A DNA stretch of 64,000 nt from Hormiphora californensis (lineage: Eukaryota > Animalia > Ctenophora): the NCBI GenBank assembly GCA_020137815.1, contig CM035352.1:2294001-2358000 (forward strand), read 5' to 3'. Position 1 is the stretch's first letter; every line of letters starts with the position of its first letter. Below are positions 13,015-23,717 of this stretch, one piece after another. A program made the translations under genes and the position numbers. A model generated the notes under the pieces. That model did not search any database. It was not told the DNA's origin and saw only the letters and a program-made list of their open reading frames with translations.

Positions 13015-14424
13015 ATGGTAGTGATGGCAAATATGGCCAAAAATGAAATGTATGGCATGACCGGGACCTGTCAGGAGATCCTAGGGGAAATGCTTAAGAG
13101 TGGTGATAAGATTGTTAAGAAATGTTTAACATTCTACGACTCTTCAATGACCATTAAAGCTAACGGGGTATCTCTCTCTAAGAAACTAAAGAGACCCGAA
13201 CTCGACAGTTTTGCTGAATTCTTGGATATCCCATCTCTCTACGGTACCAAGGGGATCAAAGATCCTGAGCTTGGAACCGCTGAATTGATTGCATACAGGA
13301 TAGCACAAGAGATAGCAGTACTAACTGTCCCTGCAAAATGTGCTGAGTGTAACACTAAGTATGTGCATAAGAGAGCTGAATTTGCCCCCCTGAGATGTTT
13401 TCTGTGCCACCAGCCCTCGCACAATTGCGAGCCTGTTAGAGCTGCTGTCGAAGAGAAGAACCAGGGTACTCTCCTGCTGGCTGGCGATGTGTGGTTATGT
13501 GAGCCATGCTGTGTACCGAAGAAAGGAGGCCAGCCAGGAACACCGTTAGGCAAGAAAATTTCTTCCAGGATTGCGACACCGAACCGGTCTAGAACCGGTA
13601 GCTTCAGCGAAGTGTCTATAGCTGACGACCGTACAACCAAGATCCAGGAAGTGATAGATGTTTTGTCGCCTAAACCTGAACTGAAGGAAGAAGAAAAGAA
13701 AGAAGAAGAAGGAGGCGAGCAAAAAGACGATGAGGAAGAGGAAGAAGAGGAAGACGAAGAGAAAGTCCTACTACCAAACACTAGCCCGACCACATGTCCT
13801 CTGTTGAAGGAGGGGAGTTGCCCTCACGGAGGATCGGGGAGGCGGAAAGTGAATGGAAAGACAACGTGCGAGTACTGGCATCCGAAAAACTGCAAACCTT
13901 GGATAACGAGAGGTGAAAAAGGTTGCAGCAAGGGACTGGAGTGTAAAAAGCTCCATAGGACCCTGTGCGATGAAGCGTTGAGAAAGAAGGAATGCCTTGA
14001 CAAAAATTGTCGTCGTGCCCACCTCAAAGGCACATTGAGAAAGAAAGGATCCGATCGCGAGGACAAGAAGAAAGTAGGCACCGTTGTGAAGAATGGAAAG
14101 AGAGATCAGAGGCAAAAGAGCGAACCCGTGGCCGTCCAAGATTCTCGTAAAAAGATGAACGAGAAGAGACCTTTTTTGAAAGGTGGGGATGCAGTGAAAG
14201 GGAAGGGTAAGCCTCTGAAGAAGAAAGCCAATGATACCTCTAAGGAAATGGGTTTTTTAGCGATACAATCCCTTTTGAGAGAACTGCAGAAGGGAATGGA
14301 AAGTATGAAGAAGGACCAGGTCGAAATGCAAAAGACGATCAGGTCCCTATCAGATGGACGCAGCTGGGGTCGGAACCGAGCGGTTTCAGGACACCACGGG
14401 TGCTGCGGACAGGTGTTCTGTTAA
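13015..14424 (+). CDS. LINE ORF1: PHD finger, acidic tract, three CCCH zinc fingers, C-terminal coiled coil
   Basis: CAEC..CFLC...HNC..CEPC (C4HC3). Then CPLLKEGSC..CEYWH, CKPW..GCSKGLECKKLH, CDEA..ECLDKNCRRAH. Amphipathic helix LAIQSLLRELQKGMESMKKDQVEMQKTIRSL. Confidence 0.85.
   Translation: MVVMANMAKNEMYGMTGTCQEILGEMLKSGDKIVKKCLTFYDSSMTIKANGVSLSKKLKRPELDSFAEFLDIPSLYGTKGIKDPELGTAELIAYRIAQEIAVLTVPAKCAECNTKYVHKRAEFAPLRCFLCHQPSHNCEPVRAAVEEKNQGTLLLAGDVWLCEPCCVPKKGGQPGTPLGKKISSRIATPNRSRTGSFSEVSIADDRTTKIQEVIDVLSPKPELKEEEKKEEEGGEQKDDEEEEEEEDEEKVLLPNTSPTTCPLLKEGSCPHGGSGRRKVNGKTTCEYWHPKNCKPWITRGEKGCSKGLECKKLHRTLCDEALRKKECLDKNCRRAHLKGTLRKKGSDREDKKKVGTVVKNGKRDQRQKSEPVAVQDSRKKMNEKRPFLKGGDAVKGKGKPLKKKANDTSKEMGFLAIQSLLRELQKGMESMKKDQVEMQKTIRSLSDGRSWGRNRAVSGHHGCCGQVFC
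14253..14298 (+). promoter_or_regulatory. Candidate -1 programmed ribosomal frameshift signal (slippery heptamer plus stem-loop)
   Basis: T TTT TTA at 14253-14259 is in ORF1 phase. Stem 14269-14277/14287-14295. The -1 frame is open from 14244 into ORF2. Confidence 0.65.
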
Positions 14425-17406
14425 ATGCCCAGTCCTGCAACCCAAGTGCACAGAGCAGATGCGCTTGGAAGTTGCCCTATCTTCGGGAGACGATTGAGAC
14501 GATCCCGGGGATAGTTCCTTTTGTCGCCGTTACGGAGACCTGGCTGAAACCCTATGTTGAGGATAGTCAGATATCCCACGGCTGGGAAAAGTACAGGGTT
14601 CACCGGTGTGACCGAAGGCACCGTACTGGTGGTGGGGTGATGCTCTTGTCACACTTTAACCTACCCTTGGAAGATCATGTTAAAATGGACAAAGACAGCT
14701 GCCAGCTTTTGTTATGTTCTTCCTCGCCTAGCAAATGGATACTCGGTGTCATGTACAGATCCCCCACGGCTCCAGTAGACGATTTTAGGGCATGCCTGGA
14801 TGAAGTCAAGCGGTATATAGATGATAGACCGGACTACACTGTATGCCTTATGGGAGACTTCAACGTGCCTGAAATCTCCTGGGATCCCCCAGTAGCTAAC
14901 CCTAGGAGTCCCACGAGTGATGTGTTGATGCGATTTACGGAGGATTCTCTACTCTCCCAGTACATTGATGCACCATCCAGAGGGAGAAACTACCTAGATT
15001 TAGTCTTCAGTAATTCAGAAAGACTGGTTAGTTGGGCAACAGCGAGAGATACCAAACTCTCGGATCACAGATTGGTTGAATTTGGCCTCAACCGGGACCC
15101 CTGCTCAGTTTCAAGAGAAACTGTCCCACCAAGGTTTGCCGCGGATGAATTTCGCTCTTTGGATATCCGTCGGGCAGACACTAAAGCGATTAGTGAGTAC
15201 CTGAATATGGTGAAGTGGAAGGACGTCTTTGAAAAGTGTACTGTAGACGAACTTCCACGTGTATTCAGAGATATCCTCTTCCAGGCTGCACAGATTTTCA
15301 CTCCACGCAAGAAACCAAGGAGAGGAAAACCAAATAGGGTCCGGAAGCTAGCTAGGAAGAAGAGGGCTCTCCAGACGAGACTCACTAAAGTACTGGAAGA
15401 TGAAAGCTCTCCAGAAGAGCAGATCAGAGCGATGGAGAAACGATTGAACGAGTTGCACTGGCAAATCCGAGAGGCTGTTATGAATGACAAATGCAAACAG
15501 GAGGAGCTAGCACTAGCGAAAATGCGTGAAAACTCGAAGTATTTCTACAGTTACGCCAAACGATTTGCTGGAGAAAGTAGTAGGATATCTGCTCTCCGTG
15601 ATGAAGACGGAGAGATGTGTACTGACGACAGAGAAATTGCAGAAGTTCTATCTATGCAGTTCAAGGCTGTTTTTAGTAACCCGGTCGAGGCAGAGTCGAT
15701 GGTTGGAAGCGAGATTGTTGTTCCAGATTCCGTTGAGCCGAGAGACGGGGATATCGACTTCTCCCAGGGGGATATACTTGAGGCCATCAAAGATATGAAG
15801 GCAGACTCAGCGGCGGGTCCAGATGGTATTCCGGCGTTGCTGCTCAAACAGTGTGCTGATTCTGTTTCCTACCCCCTATACTTGATGTGGAAGAGATCCC
15901 TCGGTGAAGGTATTGTTCCTTCATCAAGCAAGGAGTCTCTGGTGACTCCGCTCTTCAAAAAAGGCAGTAGAGCCCTGGCTGCCAACTACCGTCCCGTTTC
16001 GCTCACAGATCACACCATCAAAATTTTCGAGAGAGTTGTCCGAAAGAAGCTGGTGAATCACTTTGAGTCAAATGATCTGTTTAATGATATACAGCACGGG
16101 TTTCGAAGAGGAAAGAGCACTCTTACCCAGCTTATTGACCACTTTGACGAGGTACACCGAAATGCCCTGGATGGAAAGGACACGGACTCTCTGTACCTAG
16201 ACTACAGTAAGGCGTTCGATCGTGTTGACCACGGTATTCTAATCAGGAAACTTAGGAGATACCGGGTTCATGAGGGCCTCATCAAGTGGATCCAGTCTTT
16301 TCTGGAAGGTAGGGTCCAGCGAGTTACTGTGGACGGCTGCCTGTCTGAAGCAAGTACTGGTCATAAGCGGAGTACCTCAGGGTTCGGTGTTAGGACCGTT
16401 CCTATTCTTGTTGTTTATTAACGACATATCATCAGTGGTGTCCGGAAGCACACTGAGATGTTTTGCTGATGATACGAGAATTCTGAAGAGTATCGGTGGA
16501 GAAGATGACATGATAATCCTCCAAAGAGATTTGGAGGCTGTTACAGCATGGTCCCTGAGAAACAACATGAAGCTACATGCAGATAAATTTGAATATCTGC
16601 TTCATGGAGTCACAAGGGATCCTCTCTCCCAGCAACTGCCATTCACCCAAAATCTACTATCTTACACAACTGAGGCTGGAATCCTGGAACCAAGCTTATC
16701 AGTTAGAGATCTTGGTGTGCTAGTTCAAGCCGATCTAGATTGGGAGGGACACATAAGGACGATTGCCGAGAGCGGACGCCGCAAAGCATCTTGGGTCCTG
16801 AGTGTCTTCAAAACACGGGACAGAGAAGCTATGATAACTTTGTATAAGAGTATGGTCAGGAGCCTGCTCGAGTACTGTTGCCCTCTCTGGAGTCCGACTA
16901 AGATTAGGGATATCGAGCTACTTGAGGGAGTGCAGCGTTCCTTTACCAGACGTATAGCGGAGTGTAAGGGAATGACCTACTGGCAGCGCCTTCAGTATCT
17001 CCGTATCAGCTCCCTACAACGCAGGAGAGAGCGTTACATTATTCTACATATGTGGAAGACGCTTCATGGCCACATCTCCAATGACATCGGAGTACAATTT
17101 ACCGCCGGTGGCCGACTGGGAACCAGAGCTGTGGTTCCGAAAATTGTGAAGAACTCTCTAGCAGCAGCACAGTCAGCATACGATGGATCCTTTGCTGTGA
17201 TGGGGCCAAGGCTCTGGAACTGCTTACCTGCTCAAATTAACCAAATCACTGAGTTCCAGGTTTTCAAAACTCAGTTATCAAGATTTATGGACGCGATACC
17301 AGACCAACCTCCAGTCGCTGGGTATACGCGGAAATCCACAAACAGTGTTCTTGATAGTACCAGTGGGGAGTTGCAGAAAGCGATACCCCGATCGGACGAG
17401 CAGTAG
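14400..17406 (+). CDS. LINE ORF2: APE endonuclease plus reverse transcriptase, one frameshift near 16353
   Basis: APE motifs VTETWL, GGGV, MYRSP, MGDFN, LDLVF, SDH. RT motifs GPDGI, NYRPVSL, QHGFR, YLDYSKAFDRVDH, then in the next frame SGVPQGSVLGP, FADD, RDLGV, EYCCPLWSP, SLQRRRER. Confidence 0.93.
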
Positions 17407-18053
17407 CCGGCGAACTACACATAAGTAACATAAGTAAGTAAGTATGCTGTTTTATCAAAACCACAGATAACGGTGAATTTAATAGAAACATATTACAGAA
17501 CTTTGTCGTCTATTATATCATCCGAGTGGTATGAGACTCGGTAAAAAAAGAAAAATTGAGGTGATATTGAGATTAATTGTTGAATTTCGTATATTTTAGA
17601 TCTACTATTTAAAATATAATCCTTTTTTTTCTTATTCAGTTGCGGGTTACCTCACAAAAGCCTGCCCTCTTCGAACCGGGCCAAAGCTGCGTTAAGCAAA
17701 AGTTTAGATAATTGAATTACATGGTTTATGATGTACAAATGTGCGAATAAAGGGTACGTTAACATTCTCATCAATGTAAATCATGCTAATAAATCGGAAA
17801 ACTCTCCTCCTCTCTTTTTAACTAGAACTATCTTATACTTTTTCAACGTCTCTTATCCAGCTAACTTGTGCAAGTTTTTGACTGTTGGAAGCACATAATA
17901 TAAGAGATGAAGCAAGCTTTATCTCTGATGTCACAGCTAAACTAACAGGTTATTACCACACTAATTATCGTTTATGAAACAGAGCTCTTCTTGACAATCA
18001 CTGCATGACGTAGTTCGTCAGAAGAAGTGTTTAGAAGTATCTAGAAGGGGTGT

Positions 18054-19386
18054 TTAGAAGTTCTCCTTTTGGTAAAAGAACATTGTCTTGCTCTCGGCTA
18101 GCTTATCATCAGCGTTCACCTTACTACAACTCTTGTCCAGTAACTCTGAGAGCATGGCCGGGCCACAGAAGAAAACTCCAATGTCATGCCTGTCAGGGGA
18201 GGGGGATGTTAATAGAGCGAGACACTAAAATAGGTTGGGATGCTTGCTGAGACTAATAGGCTCATGTCATTAAAATTTGCACGTGACTGACTATTAGGCT
18301 CACATGTCATTAAGATTTGCACGTGACTGACTATAAAGGGCTAATCACGTGACATTAAAAATCTCTATTATAATTTGGAGATGAACGACGTCGAAGTGGT
18401 GGTCGTTCGTTCAGTGCGTTTCTAAGCGACAGTCTGCTCCTTCATAAAACACTTCATATGACGAAAGCTGTAAAGCTGTTATTCACACTTTTGGGAGTTT
18501 GTTATTATTTTGGAACACATTTTAACAATTTAGTCTGGGTTCAGTTCCCATAGTTCCTGTTTCAGTTGTCATGGCAACCAAATTTCAGTGATCTGTGAAT
18601 AAAGAGCGCCACCCGGCGGAGCCGGGTGGGTTTGTGAACAGCCCTTGCTTGAGGCGCACCCATAGGTGCGCTAGTGTCATTTTTAATGTCACGTGATTAG
18701 CCCTTTATAGTTTAAATATATAGCCCTTTATAGTTTAAATATGGCCTATAAGTGATTGAAATGGAGCATGTCTCAATTAAGAAAGAGACACGTGGTAGAG
18801 AAATAATTGGTTTTAAAGTAGAATGGGATATAATATGATAACTTCATTTAGAAACTCATCAAAGATAGGATGATAGTACTTTGAGAACTCTATTCAACAT
18901 ATATGATTTATGATGCTTTCCCCTATATACTTTTCCGAGACCAGACGAAATTGAAATGAGATAAACATTTGATAGATTTATAGGCGTAAAGAGCTATTAA
19001 TATAGCAGGCAGGGGTTGGAATGAGGTGTCAAGTGGTAATTATCATGATATTGGTCTAGACACCTTGGTCCAGAATACCAAGAATTTAATCATCTTTTCT
19101 AGCTGCTATCTCACTTTCTCTCTCACACAACACGCAGCAGGCAGATTTCGCCAGATATCAGTTGTAGATTGTGGAAGTGGTTTTTGGCTAGACACCCTAA
19201 AATATGAAATCTGCAAATATTGTATGACAGATTCTGCATGCTGGTTATGTGGTAGTATGAGGAAGACTGGAGTGAAGAAAAATGAGTACTTTTATAAAGA
19301 GATTTGCCCTTTTTAATCCGACTATGCCGACAGAAACTGTCTAATAGCTGTGTGCATACAGGGTGGTCCATAAATCATGATCGGCG

Positions 19387-19419
<33 letters not shown>

Positions 19420-22400
19420 AGCTCCGCAAAGGTGATGGTTGTGCAACTAGGGGAATATTCTGGAGAGACTCCTAATAGTAACTTGTAGCTATCCCCTGAC
19501 TTACCCTTTGTTGTCAGGCTCCTCTGCGATATTTGTGAACTCTTTGACCCAGTTGGGGCGTCCAAACTGTGTAGTCACTCCAGAGAGGCCCGTTATGGCA
19601 TCTTTCTCTTGACCAACCATCATGGCAATGTTATTGACAGTAGCAGAATCGGGGGGTCGGGTCATGAACGGCTTCAGCTCAATAAGATGTTCCATTTCCA
19701 GATCCTTTAACTGGAAAATAGTGGACATTTATTAGTGGATATTAGTGAAAATACCTTTCATATGGCATATGCCATATGGTTTATACTAAAGGTTTAAGGG
19801 TACACCTGGCGTTTTTCATCATCGAGTGCCCAACCAAATGACTTCACCAGGGTTTAGGCCATACAAAATGGACCTCAAATATGCAATTTTAGCCCTAAAG
19901 TCGAATTCATATTTTTGCTACAGCCTATTTTCAAAGTGGCGTTTTTTCAATTTTTGGTGGAATTTTTAACCTCAGGACCACTTTTTTTGAGATAGAAACA
20001 TTAAATTCTTGGAATTTGAAGAGAATATAAAGGTAAATAAGCCCAAAGAAGGATTTTTGAAATGGAGCTTATTTCTGGCCATGAGAACGGTTTACTTTTT
20101 TGCTTCTTTGACACGCTGGCTGAGAATGTTCCCATGCTTCATTAGAGATGAAAATCTGGAAATAGTTGCTCAAAACGATTATCTATGTGGCCCAAAAATT
20201 TTGGAACTTTCCCGCCAAAGATGTGGTGTACAGGGCTTGTTTTGTGAAACCCATCTTTTTGAAAAAGAGGGAAATTCCCTGTATCTCAAAAACGGATGAT
20301 CGTAGAGACCTGCGACCAAGCTTAATCGATTCAGAAGGTCCGATTTTGGGGGGGTCTTCTGAGAGACATTTTGCTCCTACTCCAACCGTTTTTGCTGTAA
20401 TTGCGAAAAAGGTATCAGTAAGTAAGGGGGAAATCAGCCCGAAGCAGGCTACTGGAATAGAGTTGTTCCCCCTTTTCATAGAATTGGTTTTTTGCAAGTA
20501 CAGCAAAAACGGTTGGAGTAGGAGCAAAATGTCTCTCAGAAGACCCCCCCAAAATCGGACCTTCTGAATCGATTAAGCTTGGTCGCAGGTCTCTACGATC
20601 ATCCGTTTTTGAGATACAGGGAATTTCCCTCTTTTTCAAAAAGATGGGTTTCACAAAACAAAGCCCTGTACACCACATCTTTGGCGGGAAAGTTCCAAAT
20701 TTTGGGCCCCCCCAAAAAAAAAAAACACCCCCACTCAAGAACAAAAAGTAAACGTTTTATGCAAAAGATTTCAAAACCTTTCTAATCCGAATCTTCCGAC
20801 AGAACTTCTATACTGTGTCATACAGGGGTCAAAACATAACGGGGGTGAGGTTCAGTCCCGCAAAGGTGAAGTTGTCAAATAGGGGATATTCTGGAATTGG
20901 GGCTGGAGGACTCCATTAAGTTCTCTTAGAAACTTGTAGTACTTGAATAGATGACTTACCCTAAAACCCTGTACCTTGTTTGGGTCTCTGCAATATTTGT
21001 GAATTTGAAAAACGTCCACTGTTGTACCAGAGGGCCGTAGGTCTTTCTCTGCACCATCAATTTTTTGACATACGACTGGGGCGTATAATTGTCAATAATT
21101 TCCTTCAGATCCTTTTGGAATGATGGCCTAAATAGTGGAAAGTCGAAAATTGTTGGGCATCGCATATGTATACTAAAGGTTTGAACGTGTTCCATGGTCC
21201 TCCGTCAGAGTTTATCATAAATAACACACTAACACGAAGTCTTTTGTTATCTTTTTTTTGCTTACGTCTTTGAGAATCGCAGCGAAGAGAGAGGAAAGCC
21301 ATCCAAAAACTTTGGGATTGGGTGCCAGCCAGTAGAAGTAGATCTTCTTAGGCCCGAAATCGTGCTGTCCGGAGGCTATTTGATACCTATATCAACATGG
21401 TATCAATAATTTTACCAAATGGTGTCGTCCAAGGGTAAATTCTTAACACAATTTCTACCGAATGAATTGTGCTAAGGCTACATAATAGTCAGTAAAATCG
21501 GAGGGAAGATCAAGTCTTAGTAAAACTATTTAACTAATATATGACGATGAATAGAGACTGGCAGCTTGTTATCGAACGATATAAACGGTTAAATTAGATC
21601 GGTATAATAGTAGATGTAACTCACCACACTGATTTCAAGATGGAAGCGTAGGGCGTGCAACCAACACCTGCAGCCACCAACACAGTCCTCTTGTATGTAA
21701 ACATGTCCTGGAGATATGTTTCTTAATTAAATAATTAGTGGAACATGTCCTGGAGATGTTTCTTAATTAACTAATTAGTGGAACGTAAGAGCTGATGTTT
21801 ATAACGAGGTTATAACGATGGCATTGTGTCTTTGAACAATGGCATACCGCAGGCACGCTGGCCTTGTTTGACCCTGTCTCAGTCTACACCTCGACAAATA
21901 AAGGAGGGTACAACATAACAAAGCTATATTCTGCGTCTGGTTACTTTTGTAACAATTATAGCCCAATACCTATCATGGCATCTTTATAGATCTGCCCGTT
22001 TATTATATGTGAGATTTTCCCCCTTGTACAGAGGGCGTGTGTGTTTGTGTGAATAAGCACCAGAAGGAGATATCAAAGGCATTATACTGCTTGTAGACAT
22101 TATCGTATGCGAGTGGGACGGGAGGTTAATTAGTCAACCCTCTGTCGTCTCCACGCGACCCGCCCTGGTAACACTATATCACCCCGTAATTATAATCACT
22201 TTTCACAAACAGGCACTTTCTGCCCCCAAATCTACTGTGTGTTCCTTTGACTCCAATTCATATCATACTTTCGGTGGTGTTCCATCACCGAATTCTATTC
22301 CCCGTGATATTGTACTACTGATAATACCTGCAGCAGGTTGCAGCATCAGTTGGACCCTTGTAAGGTATAAACAATGGTTGTTTTCTATGATAAATTAATT

Positions 22401-23685
22401 GCTTTCTCTGAAAACTTATTTGATGAGCTAATTAACCTGCTTGATTGATTGACTTGTGCAGTTGTTATTTGTCTATAACGATATTATTTACAATCCCGCT
22501 CCATCTTATGTATCACTAGTCTAGAAAACGTTGCATCTAGGAGTTTTAGAAGAACCTCATAATTATTTGATGAACATTTTACTACATGTAGTGCAGGAGC
22601 TGGAGCTTTCATGTAGCTTATATATCATCAAGGGTACCAGGAAATTAACTAGCTTGTCAAGTGGGAGAGGGGGGTAAGGATAAATCGTTAGGACGCAATA
22701 TGAATATAATGTGCTACTTTTGGGTGACAAGCACCACATAACACAGTATTTAGCAATCCTTCCCCGGTTGTGAAACCCAGTACAACTCTACGCCTGTGGT
22801 CCTTAACTACACCAAAAGTGTTATTAGTTCTCGTCTGTAGTAGATCTCGTATAACAGGCGAAAACTAATAACTATTTGGTGGACCATTTAAACCCGTCGT
22901 CTGGTATATGGATCCTTGTCTAAAAGTTGCGCTCATCTGATTGGTCAAACTGAAATTCTGAAGAGCTGTGATAAAAGTATAAATAGCCCAGAATTTTCTT
23001 TCTGAGCTAATATCATTTAACGGCTCTTGATCAATCTGCTCTGTTTGACCCCGATATAAAAATTATGTAGCGTGCAAAATCTCTTCCCCGGAGCATTTTT
23101 ACCCATAAATCGAGGTGTTTAACTATAATTTGTCCGATTGAAATTTTAAGAATTCTAGTATTTCTATGGATTCCTAGGAATCATTTTATTTTCCTCCCTC
23201 TCACCGCTATCACGCGTTAGGAGGAAGCGTTGTGTTTTAAAGGCGAATTTATTCGAGCTGAATCTTTTATTATTTCGATCGCTTTACTGTCAGGCTGCTA
23301 AGTGCTTTTAGTATGCATCATTTGACAGTATAGAAGTCTAGTTCACATTAAAAGTTCACATAACTTTTACTATAAAGCCACCCCGCCCAAAAACAATTTC
23401 ATTTGAGGAAGTTATATAAAGTATCTAGCAATTGCTCTTTTGTTATGTCCAAAATTCTATTACGACCCCTAAAGTATATAAGCTCCTACAAATGAAGTAT
23501 CAAAGTGATCATCCCGCAGTTGACATTTCTTTGAAGTTTGAGTCAACTTGTATTTCTTCTGTGAGCCTTAAGTTCTTCTTCGGCGGCTGGTATATTGACA
23601 GCCAACTTCCATTTTATTAATTAATATAATGATTGGTAGTGCTCTCTGTGAGTCTGTCCCCGCTTAATTATAAGAGAGGGAGAGA

Positions 23686-23717
<32 letters not shown>

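Larger units (their letters stand above)
12960..17444 (+). mobile_element. Near full-length non-LTR retrotransposon, CR1/L2 group
   Basis: ORF1 plus APE-RT ORF2, very short 3' UTR ending in a (TAAG)n tail at ~17420-17444. The 5' boundary is approximate and no TSD was found. Confidence 0.92.

Noticed and set aside
20784-21190. Apparent second, degenerate copy of NOX exon 15 and its flanks (possible mutually exclusive exon)
   Set aside because: It copies ~19313-19800 including intron sequence, with dense small deletions typical of an unpolished long read next to a fold-back repeat. Most likely an assembly artefact.
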